In this document: in pieces, positions 1-8,041 of the stretch
Position numbering within the stretch: position 1 is the stretch's first letter
Layout of the letters: every line of letters starts with the position of its first letter
Virus record (IMG/VR): IMGVR_UViG_3300006903_000012
Length of the DNA stretch: 64,000 nt
Direction: 5' to 3' (one strand)
Source of the DNA: a virus
Program-made: the position numbers and the translations under genes
The notes under the pieces: model-generated
Told to the model about the DNA's origin: nothing
Database searches by the model: none
Seen by the model: the letters and a program-made list of their open reading frames with translations, nothing else

Positions 1-196
1 CAGGCCTTGTAACTATTTTGTCCTTATTAGCTACTGACCAAATACAAAAGTTCAACCAAGACTCTCGATCAGGAGAGCCGTTATCAATATAAATCAATTC
101 CAAAACTTTATTTGGTGTTGTTTCTATAAGTGTATTTAGAAACTGCTCCGTGACTGACCACATGCCTTTTGCCACAACAATCACTGACCAAGTCAT
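1..196 (-). CDS. glycosyltransferase family 2, N-terminal fragment (gene runs off the left edge)
   Basis: ATG at 196..194. The reverse translation MTWSVIVVAKGMWSVTEQFLNTLIETTPNKVLELIYIDNGSPDRESW shows a GT2-type start and a DNGS.D motif. Absent from the ORF track because it is truncated. Confidence 0.5.
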   Translation of the reverse strand, partial: MTWSVIVVAKGMWSVTEQFLNTLIETTPNKVLELIYIDNGSPDRESWLNFCIWSVANKDKIVTRP

Positions 197-205
197 TTTT
201 TTCTC

Positions 206-535
206 TCACCTTATAACAGTAATATTCAGACGATTAGCTAATCTAACAAACAATAAAGAAACGGCCGCAACTGAAAAAATCGAAATAACAGAATCAAACA
301 CTATCGAAGCAGTTAAAGCCAAAGGCAAAGGAAATACAAGATGATAAATCAAAAGTAGAAAGGTCGAGACCCAATACGACATACATAAATCACAATTAAA
401 TGGTCTTCCGGCCAATTCAGGAAATGTATCTAACCACTTATTTTTAAATCTCTGCCAAAGCATTGGATGACTAGCATCATCTAAGAAGTAAACGATAAAT
501 CCAGCTGCTAAACCTATCCATAATAGTTTATCCAC
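206..535 (-). CDS. small integral membrane protein
   Basis: 109-aa ORF whose GTG start overlaps the stop of the upstream GT2 gene. Hydrophobic helices include WIGLAAGFIVYFL, VSTFLLLIYHLVFPLPLALTA and ISIFSVAAVSLLF. Confidence 0.5.
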   Translation of the reverse strand: MDKLLWIGLAAGFIVYFLDDASHPMLWQRFKNKWLDTFPELAGRPFNCDLCMSYWVSTFLLLIYHLVFPLPLALTASIVFDSVISIFSVAAVSLLFVRLANRLNITVIR

Positions 536-1949
536 GATTTATTTCTCCTGTATAAATCTGATTCACGTCTGGTGTCTGCCCAACTTCAAAGAACTTCTTT
601 AGATACCCATCCGCCACTACTGTTATTTGATCGGGTGTAAATTGCAACCAAATAATCCACTCAGGATGATTGATACCCATTCGATAATCATTCCGAACTG
701 CAAAAACTGTTTCAGAATGTTCTTCACGGAGTAATATCGAACCAGCATTTGATTTCTTATAATAACTTGGATGTTTTGCTTTGTCATCAATTACGGGTAC
801 ATCGCCCACCACTGGTTCCAATTTTACTTCGGGCTCACTAACGACCTGTTGAACAACGATCGGTCCCAATGGTTGCGTGTCGCCGCTATAAATCTTATCA
901 GCAAAAAATTCTGGCTCCACTAACTCAACATCATCCCACTTAAAGCCTAATTCGATTAACCATTTAGGATCACTCAACTTGATGTAGTGATTTTCACGAT
1001 ACGCATAGACTTGTGGATCAAAACCAATTTTCAGTAAACTAGCCGATAGATGCTTGTGATAATGAATAGGGTCCGACCAGTCTTGTGAATCGGTCCACTT
1101 TTTTGCATTAGCATATTTACCGACACCATGCTTCGCATCAATAAAAGTAATATTCGCTTGAACCTCGCGACTGTTGGCTTTTTGATCGCGCGGATGCCAC
1201 ACATGAAAACCAAAAATCGACTTGTAAAATAACCAGTCTGTGCCAGCCTCATCCGCTGTCAATCCAAGATCAGCATCTTCACCACCATGACCGACGATTC
1301 GCTCATCAAAACCACCCAGTTGCCAAAATAGATTTTTAGGATAAGAAATATTACCAGATAAGGCACCCAACCCCGAACCTTTACGAATGGCAGTTAGATC
1401 ATCTGTAAAATCAGCAGACCGAATATCTGGCCCAAAGGGACTATCGTTTGGAATACTTAACAACAATTGTCGAGACATAACTGTCTGCATTAGACTATCA
1501 AAACTCGGTGCCTTCCATAATAGTTCAGGCTCAAACCAATCAACTGGTGGCAACCAATGATACTGACCAACGATAATACAATCCGGTTGAGCTTCAGATG
1601 CCTTTGCATATGCCGCTAAAGCGTTTTCATTTAGAACAACGTCACTATCGACAAAAATGTAACGGTCACCGTTGGCATTGAAGGCGCCGATATTTCTAGC
1701 ACGTCCACCACGGAATCCTTTATTCGGACCTCCAGATAGATACCCTAACCAATTCCAAGCAGTAGATTTTCCTCCAGACATCCCATCAAAATTTAAATCA
1801 GCGACCCAATCCCCAGTTAAACCATCTGTTGAACCATCATCAACTACAATTACTTCAAAATCTGGTGGATTAATCTGCTGTGCTAATGATGCTAAACACA
1901 ACTTCAAATTTTCTAATCGATTATACACCGGGATAATAACTGACAGCAT
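528..1949 (-). CDS. glycosyltransferase family 2 with long C-terminal extension
   Basis: ATG preceded by AAGGAG. N-terminus is MLSVIIPVYNRLENL...EVIVVDDGSTDG, with a DxD-like FVDSDV, both typical of GT-A/GT2. Confidence 0.8.
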   Translation of the reverse strand: MLSVIIPVYNRLENLKLCLASLAQQINPPDFEVIVVDDGSTDGLTGDWVADLNFDGMSGGKSTAWNWLGYLSGGPNKGFRGGRARNIGAFNANGDRYIFVDSDVVLNENALAAYAKASEAQPDCIIVGQYHWLPPVDWFEPELLWKAPSFDSLMQTVMSRQLLLSIPNDSPFGPDIRSADFTDDLTAIRKGSGLGALSGNISYPKNLFWQLGGFDERIVGHGGEDADLGLTADEAGTDWLFYKSIFGFHVWHPRDQKANSREVQANITFIDAKHGVGKYANAKKWTDSQDWSDPIHYHKHLSASLLKIGFDPQVYAYRENHYIKLSDPKWLIELGFKWDDVELVEPEFFADKIYSGDTQPLGPIVVQQVVSEPEVKLEPVVGDVPVIDDKAKHPSYYKKSNAGSILLREEHSETVFAVRNDYRMGINHPEWIIWLQFTPDQITVVADGYLKKFFEVGQTPDVNQIYTGEINRG

Positions 1950-1972
1950 TTCCGCTTTCTCCTTATAACTAA

Positions 1973-2512
1973 TTATTTATTGCTAAATTGAGTTTTGAGA
2001 ACTTCTGCAATTACATCTGCCGCCGTCGCCTTCTGAAACTGCGGCGGAACCTTTTTCTTAGCTGGTACTTGCTGCTGTGTATCTTCAGGAGCTTGCTCTT
2101 TTTGCTGTGCAGGAACTGCTGATTGTTCTTTTGGAGCTGGTTTCTCGTTTGTTGGTGCTTCCTCAGGCGCTTGCTCTTCAGTTTCTTCAACTGGCTCTTC
2201 GTTTTGCAGCCCTTGGCGCGCTTGCATTGATGCCAATCCACCTTGACTAGAAACACTATTTGGATCATCAGTCGGTTCAGGCGCTTCTGCTTTAGCCGCA
2301 CCCGCTTTTGTATACTTCATCGGATTAGCCGTCGCACCCGGATCATCATAAGTACACTCAACCCCAAAACCACCATTCAACCCAGTCCAAAAAGGACAAG
2401 TCCAACAAACTTTTGAAACGTGAACACCATCGAAATTAACAACATCACCCTGATAATGGCAATAGACCTGCCCATTCGGGTCGGTTGCATTTACATGTAT
2501 AACGTCTTCCAT
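1973..2512 (-). CDS. hypothetical protein, Cys-rich N-terminus and Pro/Glu/Gln-rich tail
   Basis: 179-aa ORF with ATG start, tightly packed with its neighbours. The C-terminal half is low-complexity (EEPVEETEEQAPEEAPTNEKPAPKEQ). Confidence 0.6.
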   Translation of the reverse strand: MEDVIHVNATDPNGQVYCHYQGDVVNFDGVHVSKVCWTCPFWTGLNGGFGVECTYDDPGATANPMKYTKAGAAKAEAPEPTDDPNSVSSQGGLASMQARQGLQNEEPVEETEEQAPEEAPTNEKPAPKEQSAVPAQQKEQAPEDTQQQVPAKKKVPPQFQKATAADVIAEVLKTQFSNK

Positions 2513-2808
2513 TAATTATTTCCTTCGGGAGTTTCAAAAATAACACACACTGTGCCAGATGCACCTACTACATAAAGATCCGACGGATCATCCATCCACA
2601 ACGGCAAGTAGCTAGTTGTCGGAATCTCAGCACCAGATGAAGTTGTCACATTTTTATTACCCCCAACATAAATTCCAGCAGTACTGGCTTTCAATAAAAT
2701 TCTATTTGTTGGGCCGACATTACCATCGGCATCGATTGGTTGCGGTGTTGAACCAGCCGAAATTTGTGCTGTCTCAACTCCTGCGGCAGCTTGGTTAAAT
2801 CTTGCCAT
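2512..2808 (-). CDS. hypothetical protein
   Basis: 98-aa ORF with ATG start. Its stop overlaps the next start (ATGA-type coupling). Confidence 0.55.
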   Translation of the reverse strand: MARFNQAAAGVETAQISAGSTPQPIDADGNVGPTNRILLKASTAGIYVGGNKNVTTSSGAEIPTTSYLPLWMDDPSDLYVVGASGTVCVIFETPEGNN

Positions 2809-2811
2809 AAA

Positions 2812-3078
2812 TTATCCTGATTTCTTTACCGGTGAGCCAAATTGACCAGCCCACACGGGAACTATTTTACCCGACAAGATGTCTTCTTCTTTCGCAAATA
2901 ATGGAATCTCTACTTGGGTTCCGTTACAGCCACAACCCTGCTTAGTCATAATTTTCAACATCGCATCGACATCCCGTTCTTCAACTAAACACCACGGATT
3001 AAAATTATAAATTGTAAACGATGGTCCTTGTACCGATCGTTGCTGAACCGGAACAACTCCTAATTTGACCACACTCAA
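2812..3078 (-). CDS. hypothetical protein
   Basis: 88-aa ORF. The track start is TTG. A GTG at 3072 lies 6 nt after AGGAG and is the more likely start. Confidence 0.5.
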   Translation of the reverse strand: MSVVKLGVVPVQQRSVQGPSFTIYNFNPWCLVEERDVDAMLKIMTKQGCGCNGTQVEIPLFAKEEDILSGKIVPVWAGQFGSPVKKSG

Positions 3079-3081
3079 CTC

Positions 3082-3426
3082 CTACTCACCTAATTTCTCT
3101 TTTGTTTCTTCCACCAGTTCACGGACTGTCATCCAACGATTATTTCTGCCAGCAATTGCAAGTTCGATATTCTCAACACGACAAATTGCATCCATCAATA
3201 CCGGAGATATAGAATCAATTGGACCTGAAACAAAGGCTCCAGTACAAGTAATTTTTTTATCATGCAATCGCTTACAGATACAACTTGGACACAGTAATCC
3301 GCTATCATCACCATTTGTAGAAATTTGTTTCCAAGCCCAATATGGAATTATAAGATCAGGAAATCCATGTTCGGCTCCATATTGCCGATTACAATCTTCA
3401 CAACTCGCAGTTTTAATTTCGTCCAT
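3082..3426 (-). CDS. hypothetical Cys-rich (probable zinc-binding) protein
   Basis: 114-aa ORF with ATG start. Contains CEDC...CPSCIC...C motifs. Confidence 0.55.
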   Translation of the reverse strand: MDEIKTASCEDCNRQYGAEHGFPDLIIPYWAWKQISTNGDDSGLLCPSCICKRLHDKKITCTGAFVSGPIDSISPVLMDAICRVENIELAIAGRNNRWMTVRELVEETKEKLGE

Positions 3427-3642
3427 ATACTTTCTCCAGAAGTTTTGTCTTGGTGATTTTGGCTGGTTAAACGAACACCCATTCTCCTGAGGTCTACCAC
3501 ATCACGGGATATTTTATATCTAAAACTGGATGTATCCGATCACCATCCATCGGACATTTCTCAAAGTGAAAGGATAAAAGTCTTTGAGCGTCTTTTCGAC
3601 TTATTAGTCACATTTAGCAGAACAATAAGTAAAGATAGTTAA

Positions 3643-3909
3643 CTAGTTACCGCTACTAACTTCACCTGCTGGCTTTGGATACATATGATAATCCGCCACC
3701 GTCTTACCCTGTTCATTCATTACATACACATGCCCAGAATCAATGATTCTAAAATGGTGTTCTTTACCTTCATAGAAGAAATAATGAACAGCACCAGGCA
3801 TTTTACTATCACTAATTGAAACATTATCTGAAGCATAAGTCTCAACCAATGTCACATCAGGAATAACATATTCTGAATTATCGTGCCGAATAACTTTTAC
3901 TGAAAACAT
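3643..3909 (-). CDS. hypothetical protein
   Basis: 88-aa ORF with ATG preceded by AAAGGAG (plus strand ctcctttat at 3919-3927). It is the first RBS-preceded gene after the capsid locus. Confidence 0.6.
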   Translation of the reverse strand: MFSVKVIRHDNSEYVIPDVTLVETYASDNVSISDSKMPGAVHYFFYEGKEHHFRIIDSGHVYVMNEQGKTVADYHMYPKPAGEVSSGN

Positions 3910-4663
3910 ATTTTCTGCTCCTTTATCTGAATAAAAATATTTCTGTTAAATGCTTCTAATATCACCGGCGGTCCGCAATAGAAAGAAACCCCAATCTCGT
4001 AAGGTTAAGAAGAACTATCGCGTAGCCTTACCCTTCCAGTTTATTTTCGTAACCCATAGTTCCTAGCATCCTACCCGGATAGATCACAGTTACCTGTGCC
4101 CCTATCAATGGCAGTTATAGGATCGAGTTTTTCAACCAGAACAGATTGGCAGCTGACCAGACTGATCTAGCTCATGCTATTGGGTCCTGTCCATGAGCTA
4201 CGGCTGAATTGTTTATCTAAATACTATCTGGGTGTCTTACACCTTGCGGAATATTTATTCGGTATATTGTTCCCTCGATCTTAATCGAGTTTTGCTAGAG
4301 AACCATCGTCCCAGTTACATTCACAATGTTTATCGGCTCTCACCAGGAAGGCTTGTCTTATTGGCTTGCTGTCCAGATGCTTCTTGCATCGCCATCGCAG
4401 GCGACATCTGGGACTTGTCAATTCAAGTTCTGACTCTGGGCCGGCCATTATTCCGCTCACCTTGCTAGTCTGTCTTCGTTATTAATCTCGTTTCAAGATT
4501 TCATAACTTACTCGGTTGCGCGCCGAGACCAGACCGCAGATAGTAATGTTATTTAGTTGTTATTACTTAATTCCCAATTATCGAACATCCCGTTCCCAGG
4601 CGACCAGTGAAGCGGGAGGTATATGCGGCTTGCGCACACATATGCTTCACAACCAACGCAGTT
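3910..4663 (-). ncRNA. unresolved structured non-coding region, probably further group I intron material plus the last capsid exon(s)
   Basis: No ORF on the minus strand. Minus-strand RNA has an R-like CAGACUAGCA (plus 4466-4478) and a complementary S-like AUCAGUCUGG (plus 4155-4170). There is a long hairpin GUGAAGCAUAUGUG..GCAA..CGCAUAU..GCUUCAC (plus about 4600-4650). There is also a P1/P2-like block CCUAU..AUAGGGGCACAGGUAACUGUG (plus 4085-4125) resembling the 5' end of the intron at 10533-11021. Confidence 0.4.
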
Positions 4664-5795
4664 CATTTCTTGTTATCACAAAGGCTCTTTATCCTTTGTT
4701 TCTATATGTCACCATATAGTTCAGACTATATCTTCACCCAAAAACAAGGATGGCCCGCTCTCGTGGAAGAATTATTGTCCAAAATAAGGACTCACTTCTA
4801 GTCGTTACACCTTCAAGCAGTTTTCACTGCGAGCTTGGCTCGGTATTGCCTTATAAAGGTTTTCACCGACTTCACGGGCTTTATACGCGGCAGCTGCGAT
4901 GATCTTTTAAACCCTCTGTATCTCGGATCAAATTTTGCATGAATTTTTGAATGACAGCTCATGCAGACAGTAACAAGATTTTCTTTTGAATGATTATCTT
5001 TACCAAAATCAATATGATGAACCCTAAGAAGCTTCTTGGATGAACAAAGAACGCACTTATAACCATCTCGTTCTTTAATTCGTTTCTGAACCTTACCATT
5101 CCAACCAGGAGCATAGCCAACCAAAGAACCGTGCCCGTGTCGAAACCAGTGGTGTTTCTTTCCTCGATGAACATTCGGACTAGCTCGTAAAAGTTCCGAA
5201 TGTGCCTCCCTTTCTTTTGGATCATCAAACCTATTTGGTCTATACTTACAGACACACGACTTACAAAATTTAGCAGTTCTAGATTTTATCTGTTTTCCGC
5301 AATCTTTACAGAACCTTGGTTTTACAAGTTTCTTTTGCCTGCCAAATGATCTAGCATATTTAGCAAATTCAGAACCGTGAGGGAGTTGGTCTCCTGCTAA
5401 ATATTTTCTATAACAAGGCCGGCAATAACCAGTTTTTGATTTTCCGTAAGGCGGATTACTTTTATTCAGCTTAGTTTTACAAACCTTACACCTAGGACGA
5501 ATCTTTTCTTTACAGACAGGACAAAGATAAGCCCGTGGGTTTATCTTTCGATGCTTGCATCTAGGACATACTTTTTTGTAATTGTGCGCCATTCCGGCAT
5601 CCTTTGTTACTATCAAAACAGAGATAAAAACATCTACTGTATTATATCATATTCTACCGCGTAAACTTCAAAAGATATTGCCGTACACCCGGGCATCAAG
5701 TCCTTGAAACTGAGCGGGGTCTGTGTTGATTTGTAAACCAGCGGTTCACCGTTGTGGAACACACGCAACGGATAAACCGTCGAACTAAACGTCTT
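4664..5795 (-). mobile_element. composite group I intron region: decayed intron copy, HNH endonuclease ORF and an intact ribozyme core
   Basis: The intact core has R tagtcgttacac at 4799-4810 and S gttcagactatatc at 4719-4739. P4-P5-P4' (gcttggctcggtattgcc..ttcaccgacttcacgggc, 4832-4878) lies inside the 3' end of the HNH ORF. The 3' end is GAUAACAAGAAAUG at 4664. Upstream, 5598-5790 is homologous to the P2-P8 region of the sibling introns (gcggttcaccg at about 5740, and a 3'-end motif GAUAGUAACAAAGGAUG at 5598), but its P7 strands no longer pair. The 5' boundary is uncertain. Confidence 0.5.
4813..5592 (-). CDS. intron-encoded HNH homing endonuclease with multiple CxxC zinc knuckles
   Basis: ATG at 5592 after AAAGGA (the track start 5616 is TTG). 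The C-terminus LRVHHIDFGKDNHSKENLVTVCMSCHSKIH is an HNH motif. The stop codon abuts the R element. Confidence 0.75.
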   Translation of the reverse strand: MAHNYKKVCPRCKHRKINPRAYLCPVCKEKIRPRCKVCKTKLNKSNPPYGKSKTGYCRPCYRKYLAGDQLPHGSEFAKYARSFGRQKKLVKPRFCKDCGKQIKSRTAKFCKSCVCKYRPNRFDDPKEREAHSELLRASPNVHRGKKHHWFRHGHGSLVGYAPGWNGKVQKRIKERDGYKCVLCSSKKLLRVHHIDFGKDNHSKENLVTVCMSCHSKIHAKFDPRYRGFKRSSQLPRIKPVKSVKTFIRQYRAKLAVKTA

Positions 5796-5870
5796 ATCAC
5801 CCACCGCCGTCGCCGGGTACCGGAAGTCAGGCACCAGGATCAAGCGACCGATAGACGTGTCTATCGCATC
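5796..5870 (-). CDS. major capsid protein, exon 8 (3' boundary unresolved)
   Basis: A start-less in-frame segment DAIDTSIGRLILVPDFRYPATAVGD follows the 3' end of the intron at 5871. The track ORF 5634..5843 continues to a stop at 5634, but its last 45 or so codons are homologous to intron core sequence. Confidence 0.4.
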
Positions 5871-6287
5871 CTTTATTTGTTATCACTCAAAAAATAATGA
5901 GTGAGCGCAAGCATTTCTGTTGCACTCTGCAACTTATCATTTGTTGCAGAACAGACTATATCATATTCCGGAACAACCCGGAACTCGCCCTCTTAGTCGT
6001 TACACATTTAGGATAGTCGAGATTTATTTAGGACCGAACCACAAAATGGACAATAAGTTACTGGAACTCCATAGCAGAATTCTTTATCTGATAAAGTTAA
6101 GAACCAAACATCAGATAATTTTTCAATAGCCGCATCTGGAACCTTATCTTTACAAACATGTGTCTCAGTAATCTCATCTTCCCACATTCTCTAACTATCT
6201 CCTTTAGCTCGGTGTTATCATTTCAGACTTCCACCGAATTCGAGCGATTTGCACACAACCATTACTGATTGTGGGGCCTAAAAATTA
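5871..6287 (-). mobile_element. group I intron (type 1) in the capsid gene, with a small ORF in P6
   Basis: P1 is GGCU|U..AGGCC with a U.G pair. P2 is CACAAUCAGUAAUGGUUGUG. The P4/P5 block is ttccaccgaattcgagcg (6226-6246). R is tagtcgttacac (5994-6006) and S is cagactatatcatattcc (5952-5968). The 3' tail is GAUAACAAAUAAAG. Confidence 0.65.
6008..6187 (-). CDS. intron-encoded small protein (59 aa, CxxC pair), function unknown
   Basis: ATG at 6187 after AAGGAG. Sequence is MWEDEITETHVCKDKVPDAAIEKLSDVWFLTLSDKEFCYGVPVTYCPFCGSVLNKSRLS. It falls below the 60-aa cutoff of the track, and its stop overlaps the R element. Confidence 0.45.
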   Translation of the reverse strand: MWEDEITETHVCKDKVPDAAIEKLSDVWFLTLSDKEFCYGVPVTYCPFCGSVLNKSRLS

Positions 6288-6396
6288 AGCCAAAACAAAG
6301 CCGGGAACAATCTGCCCGTCTTTCTGTTGGATGATTTGCATGATGGGATGAGTTGAGCCGAGCTGAGTTGCGCCCAAACTTAAATATCCCTTCTTT
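6288..6396 (-). CDS. major capsid protein, exon 7
   Basis: Start-less segment (I)KKGYLSLGATQLGSTHPIMQIIQQKDGQIVPGFVLA bounded by two intron ends. It joins exon 6 in frame. Confidence 0.55.
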
Positions 6397-7447
6397 CAAT
6401 CGCTCTAGCATCACTGCTAGGATTAGACTATACCTTCATCCACAAACATTATGGATGTCTGCGTGTTGCAGGTATTTTATATTTGGCTTCGAATTTTTTA
6501 ATTTTTTCAATAAGTTTAGATTCATTTTTCAAATCATCTGTTCGAAGAATAAGAAGTTTGTATCCTCTAAGTCGATAATCCTTGTTTCTTTTCTTGTCAC
6601 GTTCAAAACTTTCTTCTCGACTATGCCAATAGTTACCATCATATTCAATAATCAGGTTATGCGTTCGGTGAACAAAATCAGGTACATGTCCCGCTACCCA
6701 GACCTTGCCCGAACCAACGAAACGATAATTGAATTTATGTTCTTTAAGGATACCTAACAACTTCTTTTCGTGTGAGTTCGCATGCCGTCGACTGCTACCC
6801 ACAATCTTCTTAGCAAACTCGATAATCTCCTCAGGCGATTTCCGAGACCAAGTTTTACTAAAACTGGCCGCTCGTTTTCTGGAAATGTCATCGTTACCCC
6901 AATTAGCTGCGTACATTTTTACCCAATTTTCAGGATCCGATAACCATTCAGTAGTTTGTATTGATTTTAGTTGACTGAAAGCTTCCAACTCACTAGGAGA
7001 TTTTGAATACCAAGATTTTAGAAAAGCTGCAACCCTTCTTTCTCTCACATCTGGATTATCATAGTTATTTTTCCTAAGTTTTTCTTGAAACTCAGGATCG
7101 GTATGATTTTCCGACATGATTTTGGATCGCAACTTCCTAAATTTTGGAGTTTGCTTAGATTCTCGCATCTTCTTTCTATAAACAGGGTCTTTAAACTTTT
7201 CTGACATTACCTTTCGCATTTTCTTCCGAAATGCTTCTTTCTCGGCTTCAGTCATTCGATCCCATTTAGACAGCTTTTCGCCATTCTTATTTTTCTTAGC
7301 CATAAAAATACCTGCCTCGGATTTCTCCTCAGTCGTTACGGGGCTAAATGTTTGATTACATCAGCTTCCCTCGGTGTTGTCTACTTGAGATTTCACCGAT
7401 ATAGCAGAATTTTACATACCCATTACTGGATAAGGCGACAAAAATTT
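6397..7447 (-). mobile_element. group I intron (type 2) in the capsid gene, carrying an endonuclease ORF in P8
   Basis: P1 is GCGAU|AAAUUUUUGUCGC and P2 is UAUCCAGUAAUGGGUA. The P4/P5 block is cttccctcggtgttg..ttcaccgatatagcag (7366-7410). R is cagtcgttacgggg (7330-7343) and S is agactataccttcatcc (6425-6441). A P9 hairpin CUAGCAGUGAUGCUAG is followed by ..UUG at 6397. Confidence 0.7.
6449..7303 (-). CDS. intron-encoded homing endonuclease, Vsr/PD-(D/E)XK-like (EDxHD-type) catalytic domain
   Basis: 284 aa. The N-terminus has basic repeats (K..DP.YRKKMRESK, HTDPEFQEKLRKN, NPDVRERR). The C-terminus YRFVGSGKVWVAGHVPDFVHRTHNLIIEYDGNYWHSREE..RDKKRNKDYRLRGYKLLILR fits the Vsr/DUF559-like pattern. 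Confidence 0.7.
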   Translation of the reverse strand: MAKKNKNGEKLSKWDRMTEAEKEAFRKKMRKVMSEKFKDPVYRKKMRESKQTPKFRKLRSKIMSENHTDPEFQEKLRKNNYDNPDVRERRVAAFLKSWYSKSPSELEAFSQLKSIQTTEWLSDPENWVKMYAANWGNDDISRKRAASFSKTWSRKSPEEIIEFAKKIVGSSRRHANSHEKKLLGILKEHKFNYRFVGSGKVWVAGHVPDFVHRTHNLIIEYDGNYWHSREESFERDKKRNKDYRLRGYKLLILRTDDLKNESKLIEKIKKFEAKYKIPATRRHP

Positions 7448-7693
7448 ATCGCTTCTAGCGCTTTCGGATGACCAAAGATGTGCGTTGGTTTCGCACACCC
7501 CGCCACCAAAAAGTTGTCGAACTCTTCAATGTCAAAGCTGCCAGTCGGATTTGCATTCACACGCGCGCCGTTAGCGGCCGTGACTTGGGTCGTAATACCA
7601 TCAAAGGCTTTCGAGTTAGTATTGCGATTACCCTTAACGATAGCCCTGTCCCAATATTGAAGCGTTAAAATTTCTTGCAGCTTGATCTCTTTT
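7448..7693 (-). CDS. major capsid protein, exon 6
   Basis: Start-less reverse translation (V)KEIKLQEILTLQYWDRAIVKGNRNTNSKAFDGITTQVTAANGARVNANPTGSFDIEEFDNFLVAGCAKPTHIFGHPKALEA. It resembles the G.G...l.Gl and ivmnP blocks of HK97-fold capsid proteins. Confidence 0.65.
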
Positions 7694-8023
7694 CATGGTT
7701 ATCCACTATTACTAGTGGCATGGACTATTCCTTCATCCGCGATTTGCGGAGCCTGCGTATTGCAAGTTACTTATTACTTGCCTCGCCTTTCGGCTCAGTC
7801 TCTACGGGGTCACGAAGACTTCCCTCGGAATTATCCATCTTATGATAATGGATTTTATCTTTCTCAATAGTAAGATAATCAAAAACAATCTCATTCTCAG
7901 AAAGATATTTTTCAATGTCTAAAAGTTGATTAGTTGTTAGCATAAGTTTGGACTTATCCGATATGAGCAGGTTATTATTGCAAGCAATTACTCGCTTGCC
8001 AGGCTATCATTGAGATTTCCTTA
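7694..8023 (-). mobile_element. group I intron (type 2) in the capsid gene, no intact endonuclease ORF
   Basis: P1 is GGGU|U..AGCCU and P2 is GCAAGCGAGUAAUUGCUUGC. R is cagtctctacgggg (7796-7809) and S is ggactattccttcatcc (7722-7738). P9 is CCACUAGUAAUAGUGG followed by ..AUG at 7694. A 150-nt insertion in P5 holds only a short ORF remnant starting at 7943. Confidence 0.65.
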
Positions 8024-8041
8024 ACCCCCATTACTTGAACG
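8024..8041 (-). CDS. major capsid protein, exon 5 (18-nt microexon)
   Basis: CGUUCAAGUAAUGGGGGU lies between the 3' end of one intron and the P1 of the next. It keeps the reading frame (..G-V-VQVMG-V-K..) and resembles the end of exon 4 (CAACUUGAUGGGGU). Confidence 0.45.

Noticed and set aside
4560-4660. A group II intron domain V-like hairpin (AAGCCGCAUAU... region).
   Set aside because: There is no GUGYG 5' end, no AY 3' end, no AGC triad/bulge geometry and no reverse-transcriptase ORF. The hairpin is better explained as a peripheral GNRA-capped helix of a group I-type RNA.
5634-5843. Track ORF of 69 aa (MILVPDFRYPATAVGDK...) as an independent gene.
   Set aside because: Its start is a TTG inside a longer open frame that begins at the intron 3' end (5870). 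Its N-terminal part is capsid exon 8, and its C-terminal 45 or so codons are homologous to the P3-P8 region of neighbouring group I introns.
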